A stretch of DNA of 64,000 nt, taken from contig JAGVHG010000106.1 in assembly GCA_020056715.1 (NCBI GenBank), positions 1,153 through 65,152 on the forward strand, written 5' to 3'. The notes beneath the pieces were generated by a model. The model saw only the letters and a program-made list of their open reading frames with translations, searched no databases and was not told the DNA's origin. This DNA comes from Phycisphaerae bacterium. Its GTDB lineage: Bacteria; Planctomycetota; Phycisphaerae; UBA1845. Below are positions 29,067-38,308 of the stretch, in pieces. The translations under genes were made by a program, and so were the position numbers. Numbering within the stretch: position 1 is the first letter of the stretch; the number at the start of each line of letters is the position of its first letter.

Positions 29067-29939
29067 TCAACCGGACGTGCTCTTGACCCTGATCGAGCCG
29101 TTATGCGTCACCACGTCGAGCGACGGACCTCCGGCTCCGAGCTTCCCCCTCAACTCACCCCTTGCCTTTTGCGACTCGGAGAGCGGCGCGTCGCAATCGA
29201 TCCCGCCGTTATGAGTCTGACATTTCAATGTCGCCGCGGTGCTCTTTCCTACATCGATCCGCACTCCGCCGTTATGCGTGGTAATGTTCCCCGCCACCGA
29301 CCCGCACTTTGACAGGTCCGCCGACACCTCGCCGTTGTACGAGCTGAGGTTCACCACCGGTCCGGCGTAAGTCGCATCCACTTCGCCGTTGTGCGTCTCC
29401 GCATGGAGTTTGCCGGTGCTCGATCGCACCTTCACCTTACCGTTGTGCGAAACGACCCTGACGTCCCCGCTTACCTCCGCAACCGCCACGGCCCCATTGT
29501 GCGTCTCCGCGTCCAGATTGAGGTTGCCTGGTGCGCGAATGACGAAGCTCACGTCCCCGCTCCACCGCGCCTTCTTCGGCACACTCCATTTCCAGTCGAT
29601 CCGCGTCTTGACATTCCCCGCCCGTTCGACAAACACGTTGATCGCCGCCAACGCCTCTTCCGCGTCCTCCTTGCTGGTCCCACCGGCCCTCTTCTTAATC
29701 GTTGCCGAGGCGTCCACGCCCGCCGCTTGACTTTGGAAATCAATGGACCCGTTGTGGGTGCGCACTTCCAACGCGGTCAACCCCGTCGCGTCGATCGGGC
29801 GTTCCTCGATAGCCTCCGTCCACACCAACGGCCCGCCCCAAGACCAACATCCGCCGTCCACCCCGACAATCATGCACCCCGATACAAAAAACGGAATACA
29901 CATCGAACAAGCAAAGAAAAGTGTGGTCCGCGTTTTCAT
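29067..29939 (-). CDS. DUF4097-like all-beta lipoprotein (putative adhesin fold)
   Basis: Lipobox MKTRTTLFFACSMCIPFFVSGC and periodic (T/S)HNG(x)(V/I) motifs: HNGSIDF, HNGAVAV, HNGKVKV, HNGEVDA, HNGGVRI, HNGGIDC, HNGSIRV. Confidence 0.7.
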   Translation of the reverse strand: MKTRTTLFFACSMCIPFFVSGCMIVGVDGGCWSWGGPLVWTEAIEERPIDATGLTALEVRTHNGSIDFQSQAAGVDASATIKKRAGGTSKEDAEEALAAINVFVERAGNVKTRIDWKWSVPKKARWSGDVSFVIRAPGNLNLDAETHNGAVAVAEVSGDVRVVSHNGKVKVRSSTGKLHAETHNGEVDATYAGPVVNLSSYNGEVSADLSKCGSVAGNITTHNGGVRIDVGKSTAATLKCQTHNGGIDCDAPLSESQKARGELRGKLGAGGPSLDVVTHNGSIRVKSTSG

Positions 29940-30105
29940 GTTTCGCCTACGCTCCATACGAGAACCTGTAACTCCGCTGCCCCTCTTCCACCGTTCGATC
30001 GGGACGAGGGATGCCAACAAGGTACTATTCTCGAATTGTGAGCCGATATTGCAACCGAACCGCAGCATTTATAAACAACTTTGTCGGCTGCATGTAATCC
30101 GCAAT

Positions 30106-30133
30106 TCGTAACTGGTAACTGGTAACTCGTAAC
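30106..30133. repeat. Heptanucleotide tandem repeat (T[C/G]GTAAC) x 4
   Basis: tcgtaac tggtaac tggtaac tcgtaac, 3 nt downstream of the hisS stop on the minus strand. The unit is the same as at 24877. Confidence 0.9.
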
Positions 30134-30136
30134 TCC

Positions 30137-31630
30137 TTACCGTGTATAGCGCAGAAGGACTTTCTTGACCGCCTCGGTGAGTTGAGAGCGCGGGGCGGAG
30201 AACTGGGCGGGTTGTTGTTCGAGCCATTTCTTGCGGTCGGCGCCGATCTCTTTCGATAACTCGACGCCCAGACGCAGATCCTTGATCGAAACGGACTCGG
30301 ATTTGATCTCATCCTCCCCGACGACGATGGCCACAATCTTGCCTGAATCCCCAGCATATTTGAATTGCTTTCCGATGCCCTGCGTACCGACGTACAGCTC
30401 GGTGTTGACGCCGGACCCGCGCAATTCAGAGGCGATCGCCTGGTAGTGTGCGGTAAGATTCTTGTCGAGGCGCGTAACGAGAACCCAGGCCGTCGAAGAG
30501 GTCGCATCGACTTTTCCGATCGCCTTAAGGGCGGCGAGAAGTCGATCAACACCGAGCGAGGAACCGGTCGCGGGCATTTTCTGGCCGGTAAACCGCTCCA
30601 CGAGGTCGTCGTAGCGCCCCCCGCCGAAAACACTTCCGAACGGACGCTTCGTTCCCTCTTCATCAACGATGTCGAAGGTCAGTACGCCCTCGAACACCGG
30701 TCCGGTGTAATACGCGAGGCCGCGGACGACAGTCGGCTCGATGACTACTCGCCGATCATCGTAGCCGGCAGCGTTCAAGGCCGCATCGATCTGCCGCAAT
30801 TCGTCCACCCCCTCTCGACCGATGGCGCTGGATCCCACGAGACGTTCAAGCTCGTCGCACACGTTGGATCGCGTAGAAGCCTTGATACTAAGATACGCCA
30901 GAACCAAGTCTATCTGCGCCGGACGCAGGCCGACGCCCTTGGTGAAGTCCCCGGACTCGTCCTTGCGTCCCGGCCCCAGCAGAGCCTTCACTCCGTCGAG
31001 TCCGACGCGGTCGAGCTTGTCGATGGAACGAAGGACGTTGGACGCAAGCTCAGGTGGAAGCGGCTCGCCGGGACCGGCCATCGACTCCAGCACCCCGTTG
31101 AGCACCTTCCGGTCATTTATTCGTACTACAAAGTCCTTGGCCGATACGCCCAGTGCCGTCATCGTGTCACACATGACCATGCAGGCTTCGGCGTCGGCGA
31201 GCATGGACCCCGTGCCCACGGAGTCGAAATCGCATTGCTGGAACTCGCGAAACCGCCCCGGCCCGGGTTTTTCGACCCGCCACACGGGTCCGATCTGATA
31301 ACGTCGGAACGGCTTGGGCAGCTCCGGATTCATGGCCACATATCGCGACAGGGGAGCGGTGAGGTCATAACGCAGGCCGACCCACTCGTCGTCCTCGTTC
31401 TTGAAGGCGAAGATGCCGCCGTCGGGTTGGTCGGCCTCCGGCAGGAACTTGCCGAGGCAGTCCACGTATTCCAGCGCCGGCGTTTCCAGCGGAACGTAGC
31501 CGTACCGCTCGTACACGCCCCGGATCGCCACGATCATACGATCGCGGGCGAGCACGTCAGCGGCGGCGATGTCCCGGAAGCCCTTAAGGCGACGGGAAAC
31601 CACGCGGCTCAGTTTGTCTCTTGCGGCCAA
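30137..31630 (-). CDS. hisS: Histidine--tRNA ligase
   Basis: Motifs RYDLTAPLSRY, FRRYQIGPVWR and GRFREFQQCDFD, with a C-terminal anticodon-binding-like region. Confidence 0.9.
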   Translation of the reverse strand: MAARDKLSRVVSRRLKGFRDIAAADVLARDRMIVAIRGVYERYGYVPLETPALEYVDCLGKFLPEADQPDGGIFAFKNEDDEWVGLRYDLTAPLSRYVAMNPELPKPFRRYQIGPVWRVEKPGPGRFREFQQCDFDSVGTGSMLADAEACMVMCDTMTALGVSAKDFVVRINDRKVLNGVLESMAGPGEPLPPELASNVLRSIDKLDRVGLDGVKALLGPGRKDESGDFTKGVGLRPAQIDLVLAYLSIKASTRSNVCDELERLVGSSAIGREGVDELRQIDAALNAAGYDDRRVVIEPTVVRGLAYYTGPVFEGVLTFDIVDEEGTKRPFGSVFGGGRYDDLVERFTGQKMPATGSSLGVDRLLAALKAIGKVDATSSTAWVLVTRLDKNLTAHYQAIASELRGSGVNTELYVGTQGIGKQFKYAGDSGKIVAIVVGEDEIKSESVSIKDLRLGVELSKEIGADRKKWLEQQPAQFSAPRSQLTEAVKKVLLRYTR

Positions 31631-31721
31631 ATAAGAGCCTCCTGAAAACAGGTCGCCGCATGTGTGCCACTGCTGTGTCAGCAGTGGTCATCTGCAACAT
31701 TGTCGGCGGGCGGAGTACACC

Positions 31722-32666
31722 CTACGCTTTCAAAAACCCCTCCGCGACGCCGACGAGTTCCTTCACGTGCGAAACGCTGGTGGCGAAGAGCCGCTTTTCA
31801 TCGTCGTTGAGCTTAACTTCGATCACTTTCTCTACGCCCTTTGCGCCAAGCACACAAGGCACGCCGACGAAGTACCCGCCCACGCCGTACTCCTTGTTGC
31901 AATAGGCCGCACAGGGCAGGATGCGTTTCTTGTCCTTGATGATCGCCTCGGCTATCTGGATGGTGCCCGCCGCCGGAGCGTAGTAGGCACTGGTTCCCAT
32001 CAGCTTGACGATCTCCCCGCCGCCCATCTTGGCCCGCTCGATGATGGCGCTGAGTCGATCGGGAGGAATAAGCTGCGTGACAGGGATGCCCGCGACCGAC
32101 GTGTACGCAGGCAGCGGCACCATGTCGTCGCCGTGTCCGCCGAGGAGCAACGCGGTGATATCCTCAACGCTGCAACCCAGCTCCATCGCAATGAACGTGC
32201 GATAACGGGCGATATCCAGGCAACCCGCCTGGCCCACGACGCGATTCGTGGGGAAACCCGTTTTCTTCCACGCGGTATACACCATCGCGTCAAGCGGATT
32301 CGACACCACGATCAACACCGCGTTGGGTGCGACCTTAGCGATCTGCGTCGAGACCGCGCCCACAATCTTGACGTTGGTCGCCACAAGGTCGTCGCGGCTC
32401 ATGCCCGGTTTGCGGGGAATGCCCGCCGTGATGATGACCACGTCGCTGTCCTTGGCGTGGGCATAATCCGACGTGCCGACGATGTTACAATCAAAGCGTT
32501 CGATAGGTCCGCACTGCAAAAGGTCGAGCGCCTTGCCCGCCGTCTTGTCCGAAAACTCAGGGATATCAATCAAGACGATGTCGCCTAGCTCCTTTTGCGC
32601 CGTCAAAACAGCACAGCTCGCTCCGACGTTCCCTGCTCCGACGATGGTAATCTTCGCACGTTTCAT
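31722..32666 (-). CDS. mdh: Malate dehydrogenase (LDH-like type)
   Basis: Motifs ITIVGAGNVGAS, IPRKPGMSRDDL, NPLDAM and GGHGD. Confidence 0.92.
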   Translation of the reverse strand: MKRAKITIVGAGNVGASCAVLTAQKELGDIVLIDIPEFSDKTAGKALDLLQCGPIERFDCNIVGTSDYAHAKDSDVVIITAGIPRKPGMSRDDLVATNVKIVGAVSTQIAKVAPNAVLIVVSNPLDAMVYTAWKKTGFPTNRVVGQAGCLDIARYRTFIAMELGCSVEDITALLLGGHGDDMVPLPAYTSVAGIPVTQLIPPDRLSAIIERAKMGGGEIVKLMGTSAYYAPAAGTIQIAEAIIKDKKRILPCAAYCNKEYGVGGYFVGVPCVLGAKGVEKVIEVKLNDDEKRLFATSVSHVKELVGVAEGFLKA

Positions 32667-32742
32667 ATCGGTTTCCCTTTGTTGTACTCTCTCCGACGTC
32701 GAACCTCCCGCATATGCGTCATCTTACGAGCAACGGGTGCAA

Positions 32743-34149
32743 ATGCAACCGTTGATCCCTCACTTGCGTACGCCACCAGCGCCGATTACGGTCTCGCCGA
32801 TGGACGGATCATCGGACCCGGCATCGTCCAAACCGACGCACCGCTGGAAAGATTGGCTGGGGCTGAACACTTCCACGCTTGCCCTGCTGGGAACCATCCT
32901 ATTGGTCACGGCCGCTACGGAGCTGTGGGCCCCGTTGATCCCGCAATACCTCAAGGCCCTTCGCACACGGGCCGGCTCCGGAGAGGCAGGCCTGATCCTC
33001 CTCGTCGGATTGTACGGCTTCTACCGCGATGCTTTGGAGGCGATCAATTACTACGCCGGCGGCGCGATCGCCGGACGATTCAACACCCGGCGGTCGCTTC
33101 TTTTCTTCAATTTCCTTCCCTTGGTCGGGTTGTGCATCCTGTTGGCATGGGATTCCACGGTCGCCGTGTTCGTCGCCATCCCCTTTGTATTCGCCTGGGA
33201 CAGCATCGCCGGACCGGCCACGATCACCGTGGTGGGCGACTCCCTGCCGCCCGATCGGCGAACCATGGCCTTCTCCCTCCAGTCCATCTTCCGCCGCGTC
33301 TCGCGGATTCTCGCCTACTGCATCAGCGCTCCCCTGATCTGGTGGTTGGGGCGTATCAACGGCGTTCGAGCGGACGCCGTCATCGCACTTGGCCTGGTAC
33401 TGGCCGCGGCAGCAATTCAAATTCGGTTCATGCGCACCGCCAGCCGTGACACGGTGATGGCACTCAAGCGCCCGCGGCACTTGCTCCGGCAGTTCAGTCC
33501 CGACCTCAAACGATTGCTCGCCGCCGACGTCTTCGCCCGCTGGGCCGAAGGACTGGCCGGGCCGCTCGTCATTCTCTACTGCGTGCCCATCCTGGCCGGG
33601 GACCACGAAAAGGGAACTTCGCTGTATCAGTCGATCCTGCTCAACATCCAGGCCGTTACCAACATCTTGCTCTATATCGTCATCGGCCCGCTGGCCAGCC
33701 GCGAGGGGCTGGCGAAAAAACCGTACATCGGCCTGACGTTCGTGTTCTTCGCGTTGTTCCCGCTCAGTCTGATCGTCCTGGGACCGACGCTCGGCGCTTT
33801 CGGCCTGGCCCTGGCCTTCGTGATCGGCGGGCTGCGCGAGATCGGCGAGCCGGCGCGTAAGGCGATGGTGGCCGACCTTGTGCCGCCCGACGTACGCACC
33901 CAAGCAATCGGCTTGTATTGGAGCGTTCGGAGCCTGGCCGTGATGTGGGCGTCGCCCGTCGGGGCCGTTCTCTGGATCCTCGGGAATTACTGGCGAGAAG
34001 GTTCCGGACCGATCCTTACGTTCAGTGCAGCCGGTCTCGCGGGCTTGATCGGCGTCATCGCCTTCTACACCCGCTTCGGCAGCGGAACGAGCGTGCATTT
34101 ATCAGAGCCGGGAGCGGAAGCGACCGGACAATCCCAGCCGCGATCCTAA
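32743..34149 (+). CDS. MFS-type transporter
   Basis: About 12 hydrophobic helices. The first ATG not overlapping mdh is at 32743 (alternative at 32800); the track start 32473 lies antisense within mdh. Confidence 0.7.
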   Translation: MQPLIPHLRTPPAPITVSPMDGSSDPASSKPTHRWKDWLGLNTSTLALLGTILLVTAATELWAPLIPQYLKALRTRAGSGEAGLILLVGLYGFYRDALEAINYYAGGAIAGRFNTRRSLLFFNFLPLVGLCILLAWDSTVAVFVAIPFVFAWDSIAGPATITVVGDSLPPDRRTMAFSLQSIFRRVSRILAYCISAPLIWWLGRINGVRADAVIALGLVLAAAAIQIRFMRTASRDTVMALKRPRHLLRQFSPDLKRLLAADVFARWAEGLAGPLVILYCVPILAGDHEKGTSLYQSILLNIQAVTNILLYIVIGPLASREGLAKKPYIGLTFVFFALFPLSLIVLGPTLGAFGLALAFVIGGLREIGEPARKAMVADLVPPDVRTQAIGLYWSVRSLAVMWASPVGAVLWILGNYWREGSGPILTFSAAGLAGLIGVIAFYTRFGSGTSVHLSEPGAEATGQSQPRS

Positions 34150-34503
34150 ACGACCGGTCAATCAGAGCGTGGAGCGGGAACGACACGACTGATCCGAGCC
34201 GCGGGATTCATCCCGCGCGACCACGCCATCCGCGCCGCGCCCATTCTGAAATCTCAAATCTTAAATCCCTGCCTACCCCACCCCTTCAACCCCTTCTCAC
34301 CCTTCAACCCCCTGAACTCTTCAACTCCCAATCTGATCCCCTCGCGTTCACCATCGATATCAGTATCAGAAACCACAGTTCGCCTGATCGTGTGCGTGCA
34401 ACGGCTACTCCCAACCTCACGTCCGCTGTTGAGCACCCAATCGACGTCCCGATATCTACTCTTTATAGACGATATTCGTAGAGATCGGAGTTTGGCCCAC
34501 GAC

Positions 34504-35562
34504 ATGCGAAACAGCACAGCCCTAACCTTCCTTTTGGCCGTCGTCGCGTCGATCACGACCTCCGCGCACGCGGTGGAAGACCCTGGCTCGTTGCGGGTGA
34601 AGCTCGCCTGGCAGATCGCACTGGAGCGGGTGGGCTTCTCGCCGGGCGTCATCGACGGCGGCATCGGGCGTAAAACCGAACTCGCCACGCGAGAGTTCCA
34701 GCGCGTTCGCGGTCTCTCGATTACGGGAAAGTTGGACGCAGCGACGGCGGCCGCGTTGGGAGTGGACACGGGAGGCGTCGTCACAAGCTACACCGTGCAG
34801 GCCGACGATCACACCCAGATCGGCCCCCTCCCCAAAAGCTGGCTGGAAAAAAGTCGTCTCTCACGGCTCGGCTACGAAAACCTGGCCACGCTGATCGCGG
34901 AGAAGTTCCATTGCACAACCGGGCTGCTCGCTCGTCTAAATCCAGGGCGAGACCTAAACCGGCTTCAGGCCGGCGACAGCGTAATCGTCCCCGCAGTCGG
35001 CGAAAGCCCGACGGGTTTGCGCGGTACGCACATGGAGATCGACCTTTCCGAAAAAGTGGTCCGCGTCCTGGATCGCGAGCGAAAACTCGTCGGCTTGTTC
35101 CACTGCTCCATCGCCAAGGATCGCGAGAAACTTCCCTCGGGCGAGGCCTCCGTCGTAGTCATCACCGAGAACCCCAAGTACACCTTCGATCCCAAGATGT
35201 GGCCGGAGGTAAAGGGCGTGGATCGGAAACTGCTCATTCCGCCGGGTCCGCGCAATCCCGTGGGACGATGTTGGATCGGGCTGAGCCTGCCGGGCTACGG
35301 CATCCACGGCAGCCCTAATCCGGAAATGATCGGCAAGACCGGATCGCACGGCTGCTTTCGCCTGACCAACTGGGACGCGATTCGATTGGGCGGAATGATT
35401 CGGGTGGGAACCAGTGTTCGTTTCAGCGGCCACGGTTCTTTGGCCTACTCCGAATCCGTCAAGTCGCCTCGGAATCCTCGCTCCCCAATGGCGGCGGATC
35501 ATTCTTCAATCCTCGCCGTCGCCGGATCGCCTCGCGGAGGACGAATTCAATCTGGGCGTTGA
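34504..35562 (+). CDS. L,D-transpeptidase (YkuD) with peptidoglycan-binding domain
   Basis: Signal MRNSTALTFLLAVVASITTSAHA, PG-binding GVIDGGIGRKTELATREFQ, and catalytic GIHGSPNPEMIGKTGSHGCFRL. Confidence 0.85.
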   Translation: MRNSTALTFLLAVVASITTSAHAVEDPGSLRVKLAWQIALERVGFSPGVIDGGIGRKTELATREFQRVRGLSITGKLDAATAAALGVDTGGVVTSYTVQADDHTQIGPLPKSWLEKSRLSRLGYENLATLIAEKFHCTTGLLARLNPGRDLNRLQAGDSVIVPAVGESPTGLRGTHMEIDLSEKVVRVLDRERKLVGLFHCSIAKDREKLPSGEASVVVITENPKYTFDPKMWPEVKGVDRKLLIPPGPRNPVGRCWIGLSLPGYGIHGSPNPEMIGKTGSHGCFRLTNWDAIRLGGMIRVGTSVRFSGHGSLAYSESVKSPRNPRSPMAADHSSILAVAGSPRGGRIQSGR

Positions 35563-35650
35563 GGCTGCGCAGGTCGTCCTTCGCCCAGCGGGCGAGTTCA
35601 TCCAGCAGATCCGACGGGATCCGCAGCAGATACGGCTTTCGCTCGGGCAT
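35459..35650 (-). CDS. Arc/MetJ-type ribbon-helix-helix DNA-binding protein
   Basis: YLLRIPSDLLDELARWAKDDLRSLNAQIEFVLREAI. It starts 15 nt downstream of the SPFH gene. Confidence 0.6.
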   Translation of the reverse strand: MPERKPYLLRIPSDLLDELARWAKDDLRSLNAQIEFVLREAIRRRRGLKNDPPPLGSEDSEAT

Positions 35651-35664
35651 TGCCGTGTCCGCCC

Positions 35665-36555
35665 CTACGTGTAGAGCGTGCCCGTGTTGACCACCGGATG
35701 GACGGCCTTATCGCCGCAAAGCACGACGAGCAGATTGCTGACCATCGCGGCCTTGCGTTCTTCATCAAGATGCACGGTCCCATGCGCCTCCAGCTTCTCC
35801 AGGGCCATTTCCACCATGCCCACGGCGCCGTCGACGATGCGACTCCGCGCCGCAATGATCGCCTCGGCCTGTTGGCGTTGCAGCATCACCCCCGCGATCT
35901 CCGCGGCGTATGCGAGGTGACTCAAACGAGCTTCATCGACCACGACCCCGGCCTTGGACACGCGTTCCTGAAGTTCGCGCTGCAAGGCCACGGAGACCTC
36001 GTCCATGCTTCCCCGCAAAGACAGCTCCCCCTCATGCGTCGTGTCGTACGGATACGCGCTGGCCATGTGGCGGAGGGCGGACTCGCTCTGAATGGCGACG
36101 TAACTGCTGAAGTCCTCAACGTCGAAGACGGCCTGGGCCGTATTGGACACCCGCCACACGAGCACGGCCGCGATCTCAATCGGGTTGCCGCGATTGTCGT
36201 TGACCTTGATCGTCTGACCGTTGAGGTTGTGGGCCCGCAGCGAGACCTTCTTCTTAAGCAGCAACGGGTTTGCCCATTTGAATCCGCTGTCCTTCACCGT
36301 CCCGGTGTACTTTCCGAAGAGGAGCAGCACCGCGGCGACGTTGGGCTGCAGCATGAAGAAACCAAACCAAAGAAAAAGCCACAGGAGCGACAAGAGTGCT
36401 CCAAGGACGATCCGCCATGTATCAGGCTGGTTATGCGGCAACCAGGGCAACTTGACCCAGTACACGGCAAGGGCTGCACCGGCGATCAACAAGAGCGTCA
36501 CAACCAACCAACCGTTCCATGTCCGAGTTTCAATCTCACGCGTTTGCATGTTCAT
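35665..36555 (-). CDS. SPFH/Band-7 (stomatin/prohibitin-like) membrane protein
   Basis: Two N-terminal TMs, then SPFH-like [32 protein letters not shown]...[18 protein letters not shown] lies 5 nt before the ATG. Confidence 0.8.
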   Translation of the reverse strand: MNMQTREIETRTWNGWLVVTLLLIAGAALAVYWVKLPWLPHNQPDTWRIVLGALLSLLWLFLWFGFFMLQPNVAAVLLLFGKYTGTVKDSGFKWANPLLLKKKVSLRAHNLNGQTIKVNDNRGNPIEIAAVLVWRVSNTAQAVFDVEDFSSYVAIQSESALRHMASAYPYDTTHEGELSLRGSMDEVSVALQRELQERVSKAGVVVDEARLSHLAYAAEIAGVMLQRQQAEAIIAARSRIVDGAVGMVEMALEKLEAHGTVHLDEERKAAMVSNLLVVLCGDKAVHPVVNTGTLYT

Positions 36556-36582
36556 TTACTCCTTCCATGCTAAGATATTTAT

Positions 36583-36611
36583 ATTATATCACATTGATAG
36601 CAGTTCTGCAA
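36583..36611 (-). promoter_or_regulatory. Near-consensus sigma70-type promoter for the SPFH gene
   Basis: On the minus strand: TTGCAG (36611-36606), 17-nt spacer, TG-A-TATAAT (extended -10; TATAAT at 36588-36583). It lies within a ~126-bp stretch of about 31% GC (hand count). Confidence 0.45.
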
Positions 36612-36681
36612 GCGACATAACATTAGTATTTACAGGTACTTATATCTTCACACAATAACATACAGGTGAATTCAATGGTGC

Positions 36682-37482
36682 TCATGAGCTGCCGAGCATG
36701 TGTGCGAGGGCGTCGCGTGCCGCCCGAAGGTCAACGATCGGCTGGGCTGAGTCACAACGCCGGACGATGAATGCGCCCCGATATTCGGCGGCATCGAGCA
36801 TGGCCAGGATACTAACGAAATCGACTTCGCCTTCGCCGAAGCGTGTTTCCCGACCAGGCCGATCGGTCAAACCGGCGGTCGCATCTCGCGCGTGCAGAAT
36901 TGCGACCCGGCCCGCGAGTCGCTCCAAGACGTTAGAGGGATTCACTCCGCTCATCACCATCGCCGCAGGGTCCAACCCAATCTGGATCGACGGGCAGCGA
37001 AGTTCGTCCAACACGCCAACGACCCGATCGCCGACGTCGTGCGACGGCCGGATCGCGTAGACCGCCCTGCGGGCCTCGGCGTATTCGCCGATTCGATGCA
37101 ACGCCTCAGCCGCCAACGGAGAGGGTTCGCCGGTCTCGGGATGTGTGAGCGCTCCGACCGAAGCGGTCACAATCCGCACTTTCAGATCTTTCGCAAGATC
37201 GATGATCTCGCAGGTTCGCGCCACACGTTCGTCGACGGTACTCGAATCGGTGAGCCGTAAAGCGGGCATGTCCGCCGCCAACGCGGCCACCCCTAATCCC
37301 AAGCCTTCGACGTACCGGGCAAGATGGCGGCGACCGCTCGAGGAGAGGTTTCGCGGCGCCGCTTCACCCATCGCGGCAGGGAGTTCCACGACGTGAAACT
37401 TGAGTTCGGCGGCTTTGCGAATGGCATCCTTGATGGGCAGGCTCAAGTCGTCCACATCGACCCCGATAAGGTGTGATTGCAT
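36682..37482 (-). CDS. Sugar phosphate isomerase/epimerase (xylose isomerase-like TIM barrel)
   Basis: Pattern typical of the AP_endonuc_2 fold: ...VELPAA.., ..RIVTASVG.., GLDPAAMVMSG, HARD, GEGEVDFVSILAMLDAAEYRGAFIV. Confidence 0.7.
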   Translation of the reverse strand: MQSHLIGVDVDDLSLPIKDAIRKAAELKFHVVELPAAMGEAAPRNLSSSGRRHLARYVEGLGLGVAALAADMPALRLTDSSTVDERVARTCEIIDLAKDLKVRIVTASVGALTHPETGEPSPLAAEALHRIGEYAEARRAVYAIRPSHDVGDRVVGVLDELRCPSIQIGLDPAAMVMSGVNPSNVLERLAGRVAILHARDATAGLTDRPGRETRFGEGEVDFVSILAMLDAAEYRGAFIVRRCDSAQPIVDLRAARDALAHMLGSS

Positions 37483-37601
37483 AGCCGTCCGCTCAACGTG
37501 AAAAGAACCGTGAAAGCATCCGGCAGCCTAACGACATGTGAGTCATTTGGCGAGACGATCACCGCCAACAACGTAGCCTGAAATGAACACCACTCACCCG
37601 C

Positions 37602-38213
37602 CTAAAACTCGATTTGGAGTCGGCGAACTTCTGCGATCTGATAGAAACAACTCATAACCGTCGGAACAAGCACGAGGAACGGCACAACGATGACGCTCCA
37701 AGCAGCCATCGACCGGAAGGTACCCAACACACCCGGCACGTTCATCGCCCAGGAGGTCAGCCCCGATAGCAGCAACAACGCCCCCAGGAACGCCGTGACA
37801 ATGATGACGACATGACGGCGATTGATGACGGCGAAGGCCGTACAGGCGACGAATGCCGCTCCAACCCCGCCCCAGAGCGTTCCACTGCTCAACTTCATGC
37901 TATCGAGATAGAAATGGGTCACACCCGCTCCAATGACTCCACCGAGGACGGCGACGGAAAAGTGCCCAGGCCAATAACTCAACAATCCCAGAACAGCTCC
38001 GCACACGAGGGCGTAGGTCATCTGGTCGTCACTGGGGCCGACGAGTTGGGCACCGATCAGCGTGCCGATCAGGCCGAACGCGAGAACGACGCAGACCTTC
38101 CACAGCCGCCACCCAAAGAGCATCAGGCTCAGCCCGCCCACGATCAACGGGAAGCCGGCGGCGCTGTGCCCATCTCGTAGGAGCGAAATCCAATCCTGGA
38201 TGGAAACAGTCAT
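37602..38213 (-). CDS. Polytopic Gly-rich membrane protein, unknown function (paralog-like to 38309-39133)
   Basis: About 6-7 TM helices. ATG at 38213 is preceded by AGGGGA. The N-terminal helices align with the neighbouring gene (VGGLSLMLFGWRLWKVCVVLAFGLIGTLIGAQL vs VAGIGLSVLGAKLARFGVTSAFVVLGGVYGARF). Confidence 0.6.
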   Translation of the reverse strand: MTVSIQDWISLLRDGHSAAGFPLIVGGLSLMLFGWRLWKVCVVLAFGLIGTLIGAQLVGPSDDQMTYALVCGAVLGLLSYWPGHFSVAVLGGVIGAGVTHFYLDSMKLSSGTLWGGVGAAFVACTAFAVINRRHVVIIVTAFLGALLLLSGLTSWAMNVPGVLGTFRSMAAWSVIVVPFLVLVPTVMSCFYQIAEVRRLQIEF

Positions 38214-38308
38214 GTTGAGTCCCCTAAGACGCAGCTTCGACGACAAACGGTGCGTCCCCACGGGCGCGCATTCCGGAAGCCGACTTCGCATCCAAGGTAC
38301 GATATCGT

